This document shows positions 7,829-17,162 of a stretch of 64,000 nt of DNA, piece by piece (positions within the stretch are counted from its first letter, which is position 1; every line of letters begins with the position of its first letter). The translations under genes and the position numbers were made by a program. The notes beneath the pieces were generated by a model, which was not told the origin of the DNA, ran no database searches, and saw nothing but the letters and a program-made list of their open reading frames with translations. The DNA is from Chloroflexota bacterium (GTDB lineage Bacteria > Chloroflexota > Dehalococcoidia > FW602-bin16): positions 2,130 through 66,129 of the forward strand of contig SCTZ01000023.1 in assembly GCA_004297765.1 (NCBI GenBank), in the 5' to 3' direction.

Positions 7829-9560
7829 ATGCGCGCTCATGGTCATATCTGGCTACGACCGTTCCTCATTCCATCGTTTCTACCTCTCAGCGGATTCCAC
7901 CCTGGATGCGGGCGATATGCTGGCCGGTAGCCTCACCCATGCCACTGCTCTGGCGTCCGGCGAAAGCTACGCGATCACCCATACACTGCGCATGCCCAGC
8001 GTGGTTCCTGGGACCTACACCCTCTTCCTCGTCACGGACGCCGACAGCCGGCTGCCCGAGGTCGACGAGACCAACAACATCAGAACCATCCCGCTCCAGT
8101 TGCTGGCTCCCGATCTGAGGCCCGTCGCCTTCGACGCCCCAGCCTCGGCAAGCCTGGGGCAGACCATCCCACTCACCTGGACCGTCCGCAACCAGGGCAA
8201 TGGCGCGGCCCTGCCGGTCTGGTATGACCGGGTCTACCTCTCCAGCGATGCCGCCTGGAGCCCCGACGATACCTACCTGGGGAGCTACGCCTCTCCGAGC
8301 GCTCTGGCGATGGGGGACGTCTACACCGCCACGCCCAGCCTGAAGCTGCCCAGTACCCTGACTGTGGGGACCTACACCCTCATCGTACTGGTGGACGCTG
8401 ACGACCGGCTGGCGGAATCCCGCTCGGACAACAACACCCTCACCGCCACCCTCGCGGTGAGCGGTCCCGATCTGGCGCTGAACGGACCGAGCGCATTCTC
8501 CGCCCCGGACGCGGGCACCCTGGGGCAGCCCATCGCCCTGGGTTGGGGCGTGCACAACCAGGGCGATCGCGACGCCCGGCCGAACTGGACGGATCGAGTC
8601 TACCTCTCCACGGACAACAACTGGAGCGTTGACGACACTTACCTGGGCGGCTTGGCCCAGACCTACAGCGTGGCGCCCGGAGGCATCTACACCAGCTCAC
8701 TCAGCGTCAAGCCGCCCACCACCATCGTGACCGGCACCTACTATCTGTTTGTCCGCCTGGACGCCGACGACAAACTGGCCGAGGCGGACGAGGGCAACAA
8801 CACCGCGATGCGCACGATTGTCGTGGGAGCGCCTGACCTGACGATCTCCACCTTCACCGCACCACCCACCGGCCTGCTGGGGCAGTTCCTGCCGGTCACG
8901 TGGGAGGTGCGCAACCAGGGAGATCGCGACGCCCTGCCGGCCTGGACCGACCGGGTCTACCTCTCCGCGGATGCGAGCTGGGACAGCGGGGATACCCTGC
9001 TCACCAACGGCAGTCTGGCCCACTCCACCGCCCTGGCGGCCGGCGCCGGCTACACGGGCAATCTGAGCGTGAAGCTGCCCAGCACTATCGTGACCGGGAC
9101 CCATTACCTGATCCTGCGAGCGGATGCGGACGGACGGCTGGCGGAGTCCAACGAAGGCAACAACACCAGCGCGGCCGTGCCGATCGTCGTCCAGGCTCCG
9201 AACCTGGTGCCGACAGGGCTGACGCCCGGGTCGACATCGGCGAAGGCGGGGCAGTACGTGAGCGTGTCCTGGACGGTGCAGAACCAGGGAGACGGCAGCG
9301 CCACTCCGACCTGGTACGATCGACTGTACTTCTCGACCAGCAGCGTTTGGAGCAGCAGCGCCACCATGGTGGCAGCGCGAGCGCGGGGAACGGCGGTGGA
9401 CGTCGGAGCAAGCTACAGCGTCAGCCTGAGCGGGCGGATACCGACAGGAGTCGCACCGGGAACGTACTACCTGATCCTGCGGACGGACTCCGACAGCCGA
9501 TTGCCGGAGTCCGAGGAACTCGACAACACGCGAGTCGTGGAGGTAACCATCACCCCGTAG
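7829..9560 (+). pseudogene. CARDB-repeat surface protein, apparently broken by an internal deletion/frameshift (4.5 CARDB repeats remain)
   Basis: ATG 7829, which has a GGAGG RBS, reads MRAHGHIWLRPFLIP and is out of frame with the long ORF. The long ORF begins mid-repeat at RFYLSADSTLD and is followed by four full PDL...WTV.NQG...DRVYLS...E..E.NN repeats. Confidence 0.65.
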
Positions 9561-9609
9561 AGCCTGCCCGGCGCGAGCCACAATCGCGGGACGAGACAAC
9601 CACGTGCAC

Positions 9610-9636
9610 GCAGGGGCGGCCATGGATGGCCGCCCC
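9610..9636. repeat. Single REP-like hairpin
   Basis: GCA-GGGGCGGCCAT-GG-ATGGCCGCCCC. Confidence 0.6.
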
Positions 9637-9645
9637 GTATTCTTA

Positions 9646-9781
9646 GCACGTCGTTCCGTGAGTCAGTTCCGCGTTGCGGCGCCAGCGCAATTGGGCCGAC
9701 GCCGGAGACCGCCGCGGTCCTTCCGCGGAAGGACCGCGGCGATCTTGCCCGAGTGGATGCCCCGTTTGAGGAGCGACGCAC
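9646..9781. mobile_element. MITE-like element, copy 1 (136 bp)
   Basis: Colinear with 35087-35219. Imperfect TIRs GCACGTCGTTCC...GGAGCGACGCAC, flanked by TTA/TTG. Confidence 0.7.
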
Positions 9782-9862
9782 TTGGTGCAGTTCACACCAA
9801 GGTCGACTGGGAGCGTGCGGGTGCTCCTTTGCTGGCCATAAACTCCGCGATAGCCTGAATGC

Positions 9863-9891
9863 TTGACTGCTTATGTACGACGTGGTATACT
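9863..9891 (+). promoter_or_regulatory. Sigma70 promoter of the TA operon
   Basis: TTGACT-N17-TATACT with an extended -10 TG. Confidence 0.7.
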
Positions 9892-9919
9892 TTCCTTGTC
9901 CCTGAAGGTGGTGAGAAAG

Positions 9920-10201
9920 ATGAAACGCGAGCTGAGGAAAATAAGAGTGGCTCCGGACAGCGAACTGGCAAGATTGCTGGAGGAGGCAAGAGAAGGTGAT
10001 CTGCTCTTGGAAAAGGATGGAGAGCTTTACCGTTTAAACCGCGGAGGGAAGGAAGATATCTGGGCGGGCTATGATCCGGAGAAGGTGCGGGAAGCTTTGG
10101 CCAAAGCAGCCGGGAGTTGGGCAGACATCGATACTGAGTCCTTGATCGCTGACATCCACCGTGCCCGCGAGGAAGGTTCGCGGCCGGCCGATAGACCATA
10201 G
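9920..10201 (+). CDS. Putative antitoxin for the VapC toxin
   Basis: A 93-aa charged protein whose stop overlaps the toxin start (TAGTG). The C-terminus AAGSWADID..SLIADIHRARE is typical of PIN-neutralising tails. Confidence 0.75.
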   Translation: MKRELRKIRVAPDSELARLLEEAREGDLLLEKDGELYRLNRGGKEDIWAGYDPEKVREALAKAAGSWADIDTESLIADIHRAREEGSRPADRP

Positions 10202-10596
10202 TGCCCTATATCCTCGACACCGATTGGATCATCAACGCCCTCGCGGGCAAGCATCACGCCACAGCGGTCATAGGTCGTTTGGCGCCGCAGGGGCTTGCGG
10301 TGAGTGTGATCACTCTGGGCGAGATCTACGAGGGGGCTTTCAAGTACGCCAATCCTCAGGCACACCTTACCGCATTCCGTCAGTTCCTCGCGCCTTTCCG
10401 CCTTCTCGGTCTTGACGACTCCATCATGGAGCGTTTTGCAGAGATCCGCGCAGATCTCCGCCGCCGGGGACAACTCCTCGCGGATTTTGACATTCTCCTC
10501 GGGGCTACGGCTCTCCAGCACAACCTTACACTCTTGACCCATAACGTCGAGCACTTCAAGCGAATCCCCAATCTTCAACTCTACCAAGCACACTAG
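10201..10596 (+). CDS. vapC: VapC PIN-domain toxin
   Basis: YILDTDWII, SVITLGEIYEG, DFDILLGATAL, LLTHNVEHF. Confidence 0.95.
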   Translation: MPYILDTDWIINALAGKHHATAVIGRLAPQGLAVSVITLGEIYEGAFKYANPQAHLTAFRQFLAPFRLLGLDDSIMERFAEIRADLRRRGQLLADFDILLGATALQHNLTLLTHNVEHFKRIPNLQLYQAH

Positions 10597-10824
10597 ACCT
10601 CTTCCCATTGGCACATGCTGCTGCCGCTGGACCTGACAGAAGCTCACGTACCGAGTACCGACTGGCGAGGGGCATGATTTCAGGCTTACGCCCCACTTTG
10701 CGTCCCGGTCACTGAGAAAACGCCGCCCGCGGGGTCCGCATCTTGCGGCAGATGGCATGTGGATGCCCCCCAAGGACCGGACGTCGAGACGCGTTGAGAA
10801 ACTGGGAGGCCCCGAGGAGAGGAC

Positions 10825-11916
10825 ATGATCGCCCTGGACGACATTAAAGAGCTGCTAAGAGAAGCGGACGACAACACGTTGACGCTGTATCTGGACGTGA
10901 ATCCGGCTGCGCCAGACAACCAGGCGCCAACGCCCCAATGGCGCATCTGGTTACGGAACACTCTGCACGACATCGAGAGCGGACTGCAAAAGGACCAGAT
11001 GGCGATCTGGCATCGCATGCGACCGCGGGTGGAGGAGTTCTTTCAGTCGTATCGGCCGCAAAGCACCTCTCTGGCCGTCTTCTTTGGCTCCGAACTGCTG
11101 CGAGAGTATCCTCTCCAGGTTCCGCTGCAGAACCGCAGCTCCCTGGGACCGCCGCTAATCACGCCGCTGTTGTGGGCCCTGGACCAGCACGAGCCCTACC
11201 TGATCGCGCTCGTGGACCGCGAAGAGGCCCGTCTGCTGACGGCCTCTCTGGGTCGTCCCATCGGACAGGAGGTAGATAGGCTGAAACTGGACACCAGTCA
11301 GTGGCATCAGACGACGGCCAGACAGGCGGCAGCGCATGCCGGTCGGACCGCCCAGGGCAGCAGCCGCCGGGACGATTTCGCGCGTCGAGTGGACGAACAC
11401 GAGCATCACTTCTGGCGCCAGGTGGGCGCGCATCTCGAAACGACGATGAACCGATACCAACTGAGGAAGCTCATCCTCAGCGGCCCGGAGGAGGCCACCA
11501 CCGCCGTGCGCGCGGCCCTGCCGGAGCGTATGGCGCGCTCCGTGGTGGGCATTCTGAGCTTGCCTCCGCGGATGCCCGACGCCGAGGCGCTGGAGCAGGC
11601 CAACAAGCTGGCTGAGAGCGCCGAGCGCCGTGCTGAGTCCAGCCTGGTAGACACCGTGATGGACCAGGCCAAATCGGCTGGGCGCGGAGCTCTGGGCAAG
11701 GAGCCCGTCCTGGACGCACTCCAGAGACGCATGATCGACACCATCGTGGCCGCTTGGCCGGCGCAAGACGAGGCGTTGCTGGAGCAGATGGCACGAGAGG
11801 CAATACGCAGCGGCGTAAGGCTGGAACTGGTGCGCGACGAGGCGGCCGACGCGCTGCGCCGCTACGACGGTCTGGCCGCGCTGCTCCGCTACGTTCCACC
11901 CCCGCCCCTGGAGTGA
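10825..11916 (+). CDS. Bacterial archaeo-eukaryotic release factor (aeRF1/baeRF-like) family protein
   Basis: Three-domain aeRF1-like layout: LTLYLDVNP...WRIWL, then YLIALVDREEARL...LILSGP, then GRGALG..VLDAL...GLAALLRY. GAGGA RBS upstream. Confidence 0.8.
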   Translation: MIALDDIKELLREADDNTLTLYLDVNPAAPDNQAPTPQWRIWLRNTLHDIESGLQKDQMAIWHRMRPRVEEFFQSYRPQSTSLAVFFGSELLREYPLQVPLQNRSSLGPPLITPLLWALDQHEPYLIALVDREEARLLTASLGRPIGQEVDRLKLDTSQWHQTTARQAAAHAGRTAQGSSRRDDFARRVDEHEHHFWRQVGAHLETTMNRYQLRKLILSGPEEATTAVRAALPERMARSVVGILSLPPRMPDAEALEQANKLAESAERRAESSLVDTVMDQAKSAGRGALGKEPVLDALQRRMIDTIVAAWPAQDEALLEQMAREAIRSGVRLELVRDEAADALRRYDGLAALLRYVPPPPLE

Positions 11917-11941
11917 GAAGCGGGAGTGGTCCGAGATCGTC

Positions 11942-12649
11942 CTATTTCAATCTCTCAACGAAGGCGATGATCTGCTTCAGCTCGTCGTCGCTCAATCGAT
12001 CGGGCGGGAAGGATGGCATCTTATCCTTCGGAGTGCGGACCTGCTTAGTCACTTGCTGCCCCGTGTAGCCGGCTAGCTTGGGTCCCACGCCGCCCTCCGC
12101 ATTCGCGCCATGACAACTGGAACACCCCTTGGCGGCAAAGAGAGCCTTCCCGGCCTCCGGTCCCTCAGCCCCGGTTGCGGAGGCCGCGGGGGCAGGTGTG
12201 TTGGGAGCGTGCTCGATAGCCTCTTTCCAGTCCTCTGCCGTGCCGTGCACCAGAAAGGTCATCAACTCGTAGATCTGCTCCTGGTTAAGGGAGCCACCCT
12301 CCTCGTCGCTCCAGGCCGGCATGACCGTGTTCGACCGCCCGCGGGCTATGGTCTTGGTGATGAGAGTTTGGGCCTTCTTTAGATCGTCGGCGTCGCCCTC
12401 TTTGTACTCATGGCGCTTGAGGAGATCCGGCAAGAGGAGAGACGGTCCGACTTGCCCCTTGCCGTCCTTGCCATGGCAGGCGCTACATAGTGACCCGAAG
12501 AGGAGCGCCCCGCGATGCGCGGATTCGGACTCCTGCCTCAGCGCCGCCAGAGCTTGCCGCTCTGGCTCTTGAATGGCGTAGAGTGCCAGAATGTTGAAGG
12601 CGAGCAGCGTCAGTACCAGGGCTACGACGACGCGCTTGTCAATCTTCAT
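11942..12649 (-). CDS. Membrane-anchored diheme class-I cytochrome c (acceptor subunit of the Rieske/b complex)
   Basis: N-terminal TM helix, CSACH...MPAW and CSSCH...MPSF. GAGGAG RBS before ATG 12649. Confidence 0.9.
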   Translation of the reverse strand: MKIDKRVVVALVLTLLAFNILALYAIQEPERQALAALRQESESAHRGALLFGSLCSACHGKDGKGQVGPSLLLPDLLKRHEYKEGDADDLKKAQTLITKTIARGRSNTVMPAWSDEEGGSLNQEQIYELMTFLVHGTAEDWKEAIEHAPNTPAPAASATGAEGPEAGKALFAAKGCSSCHGANAEGGVGPKLAGYTGQQVTKQVRTPKDKMPSFPPDRLSDDELKQIIAFVERLK

Positions 12650-12665
12650 ACGGTCAACGCTCCTC

Positions 12666-13214
12666 TTATGCCTTGACGGCGTGTTTGGGATCCCACGCCG
12701 ACCGTTGAATAGCCTTGTTCGGATCTGTGTCCACCACAACTTTGCCGTCCACGATGCTGACCGGGAAGATGTCCAGGGGCCGCGGCGCAGGGCCGGCCTT
12801 GCGCACTCCATACCGATTGAAGATGGAGCCATGGCACGGACAGTTGAACCGACCCTTATTTGCTAGATCATCCTCGGAGGCATCCTCAGGCTTCCACGGC
12901 ACGGTGCAGCCCAGGTGAGTGCACTTCTGATAGAGAGCGACAAAGCCATCGGGCGTATGTGAGAGGTAGAAGCGTCCTTCCTGGAAGCGGGTCACCGATC
13001 CCACGGGGAAGTCCTCTACGCGCCCAGCCACGATCTTGCCGCCAAACGCGCCCACCTTCTTCGCCTTGAAGAAGAGCAGGAATGCCGCCCCGCCCTCGGT
13101 CGCGACGGCCCCAACCGCGGCCAGAAGTGCGAAGCGCAGGAAGTGTTTCCGCGTGACTCGAATGCTCGAAAGATCGCCAGACGGCGATGTGTGATGGTTG
13201 TTCCGATTCGCCAA
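12666..13214 (-). CDS. qcrA: Rieske [2Fe-2S] subunit (QcrA/PetC-like)
   Basis: CTHLGC and CPCHGS boxes, Tat-like TRKHFL followed by a TM helix, and GPAPRPL. Confidence 0.95.
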   Translation of the reverse strand: MANRNNHHTSPSGDLSSIRVTRKHFLRFALLAAVGAVATEGGAAFLLFFKAKKVGAFGGKIVAGRVEDFPVGSVTRFQEGRFYLSHTPDGFVALYQKCTHLGCTVPWKPEDASEDDLANKGRFNCPCHGSIFNRYGVRKAGPAPRPLDIFPVSIVDGKVVVDTDPNKAIQRSAWDPKHAVKA

Positions 13215-13289
13215 GGCTTACCTCCAGGATCATCGTGACGCGCATGTCCCCAAGACAGCTCAGCGGGCATGCGCGCTACGCAGCATGAT

Positions 13290-14054
13290 TTACTCCGCCG
13301 CGTGTAACTGCCAGGGCCACACGAGGTGCATGCCGGGTCCGCGGAAGGCGGTCCCGATGATGGTCAGTGTCAGAAACGTGGAAACGAAGGCGAAGAACAG
13401 CGCGATCAGGATGTCGCGCGTGTTAGCGCCCTTCCAGATCTTGCGCACAAGCGCCACCTGGATGGCCGGTAGCCCGACCATGAGCCCCATCGGGATGACG
13501 TATTCAATGATGAACGTCGGAACCCCCAGGGGGTCAAGCATACGTCGGACGCCGACGAACTCGTTGAAGAGAACCATCACGACATTCAGCGCCGCGGCGT
13601 ATATCCCAGAGAACAATGCGATCTGCACGCCCCGGGACGAGTCGAAATAGCGCCCCACACCCTGAGGGCTCGTGTCCACGAAAGGGATGGCCATCAGCAA
13701 AAGGACCGCGGCGCCCGGGACGACCACGCCAGCCAGCGTCGGGTGCATGTGCACCAGGAGCTCCTGAAGGTTGAGGAAGTACCAGGGCGCCTTGGCCGGG
13801 TTCGGCGTGAGGCTGGGGTTGGCGTGGTCCACCAGTGGAGCGTTCACCAGCCACGAGACCGCCAGAAGCACGACCAGGAAGACAGCCGCCGCGATGAACT
13901 CCCAGATCACCAGGTGCGGCCACGTCATCTCGGTGTCGTCGACATCCTTCGCCAGCTGAGGGACAACTCCCTCCACCTCCACCAGGGCCAGTAGACGAAG
14001 GCGTTCCTCGTCGCCGTTGAGCGGTGGTCGATCGAGCCGAGTTGATGTTGTCAC
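13290..14054 (-). CDS. Cytochrome b6 subunit IV-like (PetD/QcrC-like)
   Basis: TWPHLV..E, APL..HANP..TPNPAKAPWYF (the PEWY-equivalent), LMAIPFVD, and several TM helices. Confidence 0.9.
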   Translation of the reverse strand: MTTSTRLDRPPLNGDEERLRLLALVEVEGVVPQLAKDVDDTEMTWPHLVIWEFIAAAVFLVVLLAVSWLVNAPLVDHANPSLTPNPAKAPWYFLNLQELLVHMHPTLAGVVVPGAAVLLLMAIPFVDTSPQGVGRYFDSSRGVQIALFSGIYAAALNVVMVLFNEFVGVRRMLDPLGVPTFIIEYVIPMGLMVGLPAIQVALVRKIWKGANTRDILIALFFAFVSTFLTLTIIGTAFRGPGMHLVWPWQLHAAE

Positions 14055-14133
14055 GATACTTTACCCCTAATGTCTGCATTACGAACAAGGCGCATGATCG
14101 CGGGACACCCCGGACCCCACCCCGGTTGATAGG

Positions 14134-14182
14134 GACATCTTGGTTTTGCGGTCGCCTCAGGCGACCGCAAAACCAAGATGTC
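14134..14182. repeat. Perfect 49-bp palindrome inside the b6 operon
   Basis: GACATCTTGGTTTTGCGGTCGCCT-C-AGGCGACCGCAAAACCAAGATGTC. Confidence 0.85.
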
Positions 14183-14240
14183 TTCGGCCTTCAGGGCGGG
14201 GGCTAGCGAGAGTGTCTGAGTCTAACTTCTGGCATCAATA

Positions 14241-14975
14241 TTAGAGCGGTCCGGAGATGCCACCGTCCTTCCGAATGCGCCAGAAATGGATGGCCATGAA
14301 GATCGCGGCCAGTATCGGGAACCCGATTACGTGCAGAGTATAGAAGCGAATCAGCGCATTCGGTCCGACCTCGTAGGCGCCCAACAGCATTAGCTTCACC
14401 TCACTGCCGACGACCGGCACGTAGCTGGCCATATTTGTTCCCACTGTGATCGCCCAGAACGACAGTTGATCCCAGGGAAGCAGATATCCGGTGAAGCTGA
14501 GCAGAAAGGTGAGCGTTAGCAATATCACGCCCACCACCCAGTTGAACTCCCGCGGCGGCTTGTACGAGCCGGTGGCGAAGACCCGAACCATGTGCACAAA
14601 CACCGCCAGCACCATCCCATGGGCGGACCAGCGATGCATGTTGCGCAGCAACATGCCGAAGTTCACAGTCGTCTCCAGGTCCTTCATGTCCGTATAGGCA
14701 AGCTGCACAGCCGGACGGTAATAGAACATGAGGAGAACGCCTGTTATGGACAGAACCAGGAAGAGCAGGAAGGACAACCCTCCCATGCAGAAGGTGTAGC
14801 TGGCCCGCAGCCCATGGCGGCGCACCCGCACAGGATGCAGATGCAGAAACACGTTGCTGGTAACAGCCATGGACTGCGTCCGCAGGTCCTCCGGCCAACC
14901 GTGGCGGAAGATCGATCGCCACGGTCGACTGCGACGTAGCTGTCGACCTAACTGGTTTGCTGCGTTGTATAACAC
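14241..14975 (-). CDS. qcrB: Cytochrome b6-type N-terminal subunit (PetB/QcrB-like) with heme ci cysteine
   Basis: YTFCMGG (ci Cys), [57 protein letters not shown]. Confidence 0.95.
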   Translation of the reverse strand: MLYNAANQLGRQLRRSRPWRSIFRHGWPEDLRTQSMAVTSNVFLHLHPVRVRRHGLRASYTFCMGGLSFLLFLVLSITGVLLMFYYRPAVQLAYTDMKDLETTVNFGMLLRNMHRWSAHGMVLAVFVHMVRVFATGSYKPPREFNWVVGVILLTLTFLLSFTGYLLPWDQLSFWAITVGTNMASYVPVVGSEVKLMLLGAYEVGPNALIRFYTLHVIGFPILAAIFMAIHFWRIRKDGGISGPL

Positions 14976-15018
14976 GCCTTCCTCCCCGAAGTACGTCGTT
15001 CCTCAACTGAATGCTCTT

Positions 15019-15120
15019 TTACAGAATACCGATCCAACGCTGGAGCACTAGGATCGTGGCGATAACCACGGTCATCGCCGCGAACACGATAGCCAGCTCG
15101 AGCGCCTCTCCAACTACCAA
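15019..15120 (-). CDS. 33-aa single-TM peptide (not in the ORF track)
   Basis: AAGGAGG, 6 nt, then TTG. It reads MVVGEALELAIVFAAMTVVIATILVLQRWIGIL* and fills the gap between the flavoprotein and cytochrome b6. Confidence 0.7.
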   Translation of the reverse strand: MVVGEALELAIVFAAMTVVIATILVLQRWIGIL

Positions 15121-15163
15121 AGCATGCCTCCTTTACTGGGTCCTTGCGTCCGGATGGTTGACG

Positions 15164-16972
15164 TTATCTCTTTTGCCTTGCCGGCTGTATGGAACCGCGT
15201 GACGCCGCCTGGGATATCATCTGCGGCGCGCTCTCGACCGGCTCTGCCGGCGGGGGCGCCTCCCACTCGAACTGAACCATGCTGATCGCCTTGGTGGGAC
15301 AGCGATTCTCGCAGAGTCCACAGCGAATGCAGAGCTTCTCGTCGATCACCATAGCCGCCCCAGACGTGGGCAGATGTCCTCCTAAGGAGACTGCTGTTTG
15401 GTCATCGGTCGAAAGGGCTTCGATCGCCACCATGCGCAGCACACCCTGAGGGCAGGCGTCGATGCAGAGACCGCATAGGACGCAGCGGGTGGAGTCGATC
15501 ATCACGTTGATCTGGCACTGGAGGCAGCGGGTTGCCTCGGTCCGGGCCGCCGCAAGTGCCAAACCAAGCTCGACCTCTTCCTGCAGACTGGCACGCTCCG
15601 CTGTAGGCAGCGTGGGCATGGGCGCTCTTTGTGTGGTCAGATAATCCCCATCCCGTTGATAGCGCTGCAGCACCGTGAACTTCGCCCTTCGCTGCAGTCG
15701 CTGTCCTCCGTTGAGATAGGCGTCAATAGACGCCGAAACGGCGTGCGCATCGGCGATAACCCCGATAACGTCGCGTGGCCCGGTTATGAAGTCGCCGGCC
15801 GCGAAGACACCCGGCTTGTTGGTCATGAACGTGCGCTTGTCCACCTCCAAGCGATCCCAGCGCGACATCTCCAGCCCGATTTCCGGAGGCAGGAACGTGA
15901 TATCGGGTGACTGGCTCACCGCCGGGATGACCGTATCCACGGGGAGGATGAACTCGGACCCCGGAACAGGAACGGGGCGCCTGCGTCCGCTGGCATCAGG
16001 CTCCCCAAGTGCGTTGCGTACGCAGGCCAGGCCGACGATGCGGCTCTGATCGTCGGAATTGATGGCGGTGGGCGAGACCAAATAGTGGAAAGTGACCCCT
16101 TCCTCTTCGGCCTCCTCGATCTCCTCGGCTCCCACGGCCGCCTCGGCCGCCGTGCGCCGGTAGATAACGTGGACGGACTTGGCACCAAGGCGCACGGCGG
16201 AGCGTGCGCAGTCGATGGCGGTGTGCCCCAGACCAATCACGGCCACTCTCTCGCCCAGTCCCGTCGGCTCCCCCAGGTTCGCCCGGCGCATGAAAGTCAC
16301 CCCATGCAGTACACCGTCAAGGTGCTCGCCAGGAATCCCGAGCTTCTCCGGCTTGTGCGCTCCAGCCGCGATGAGCACAGCATCGAATATGCGGATCAGG
16401 TGATCCAACCCGATATCTTTGCCCACCGGCCTGTTCAAATGGATGTCTACACCCAGAGACTCCAGGTCCTGGATGATGGTATTCTGAATCACGTCGCGCG
16501 GGAGCCGGTAGGGTGGTATGCCGACACGCAACATGCCGCCAACGACCGGCAAGGCCTCGAAGATGGCTACTCGATAGCCCAACTGGGCCAGATCGCTTGC
16601 GGCGGTTAGCCCGGTGGGGCCGGCACCGACGATGCCAACCCGCTGACGCTTGCGTTCGATCGGAGTCCCGGGTCGCGTGCCCAAGCGGCCGAAATCGGCC
16701 GCGGAGCGCTTCAAGTGGCAGATCGAGACCGTCTCATCCAGATCGCGGCGCCGGCAAGCACCCTCACAGAGGCGCACGCACACGCGGCCAAGGATGGCGG
16801 GAATCACGTTGGCCGTGCGGTTCACTTCGTAAGCGTCGGCGAAGCGCCCCTGGGCGATCAGCGAGACGTACCGGGGAACGTCCGTGTGGGCCGGACAGCG
16901 ATCCTGGCACTTGATGTTCTTTGCGAACCATTCGGCGCCGGTCCGCACCAGCCGAAACCTGCCCTTGCTCAT
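15164..16972 (-). CDS. GltD/NfnB(SudA)-like FAD/NAD(P)H oxidoreductase with N-terminal Fe-S domain and C-terminal 2x[4Fe-4S] ferredoxin
   Basis: CQDRCPAH...GRVCVRLCEGAC, GAGPTG, GIPPYRLP, IGLGHTAIDCAR, YRRT, FAAGD, RCLQC, CVLCGLCIDACP, CIRCGLCENRCP. Confidence 0.95.
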   Translation of the reverse strand: MSKGRFRLVRTGAEWFAKNIKCQDRCPAHTDVPRYVSLIAQGRFADAYEVNRTANVIPAILGRVCVRLCEGACRRRDLDETVSICHLKRSAADFGRLGTRPGTPIERKRQRVGIVGAGPTGLTAASDLAQLGYRVAIFEALPVVGGMLRVGIPPYRLPRDVIQNTIIQDLESLGVDIHLNRPVGKDIGLDHLIRIFDAVLIAAGAHKPEKLGIPGEHLDGVLHGVTFMRRANLGEPTGLGERVAVIGLGHTAIDCARSAVRLGAKSVHVIYRRTAAEAAVGAEEIEEAEEEGVTFHYLVSPTAINSDDQSRIVGLACVRNALGEPDASGRRRPVPVPGSEFILPVDTVIPAVSQSPDITFLPPEIGLEMSRWDRLEVDKRTFMTNKPGVFAAGDFITGPRDVIGVIADAHAVSASIDAYLNGGQRLQRRAKFTVLQRYQRDGDYLTTQRAPMPTLPTAERASLQEEVELGLALAAARTEATRCLQCQINVMIDSTRCVLCGLCIDACPQGVLRMVAIEALSTDDQTAVSLGGHLPTSGAAMVIDEKLCIRCGLCENRCPTKAISMVQFEWEAPPPAEPVESAPQMISQAASRGSIQPARQKR

Positions 16973-17000
16973 CTATGCACCTCACCGCATCGTCCTGGCT

Positions 17001-17063
17001 ATGTTACCTGTACAAGGTTACTGCGAAGTAACGGGGTGCCACGAAAAGTAACGACAAGGTTAC
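17001..17063 (-). promoter_or_regulatory. Promoter of the flavoprotein-b6-Rieske operon with tandem OmpR-type boxes
   Basis: On the minus strand: GTAACCTTGTCGTTACTT, then 31 bp further GTTACTTCGCAGTAACCTT, 7 bp, TAACAT. The geometry matches 20095-20157. Confidence 0.7.
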
Positions 17064-17112
17064 AACCATGGCAACTGCACCTAATGAGGATCACTTGACC
17101 GGGTGGAATGTG

Positions 17113-17141
17113 TTGTAAAGGAAGTTAACCGCATTTACAAT
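17113..17141 (+). promoter_or_regulatory. Putative promoter of the two-component operon
   Basis: TTGTAA-N17-TACAAT, 21 bp before ATG 17163. Confidence 0.45.
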
Positions 17142-17162
17142 GGTGGAGAGGCACACTATAAG

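Noticed and set aside
14991-15006. GTACGTCGTTCCTCAA resembling the MITE terminal repeat
   Set aside because: It is a single short match with no partner end or internal MITE sequence, so it is probably chance.
15164-16972. Calling the flavoprotein glutamate synthase small subunit (gltD)
   Set aside because: There is no gltB nearby, it has an extra ferredoxin domain, and it sits in a respiratory operon.
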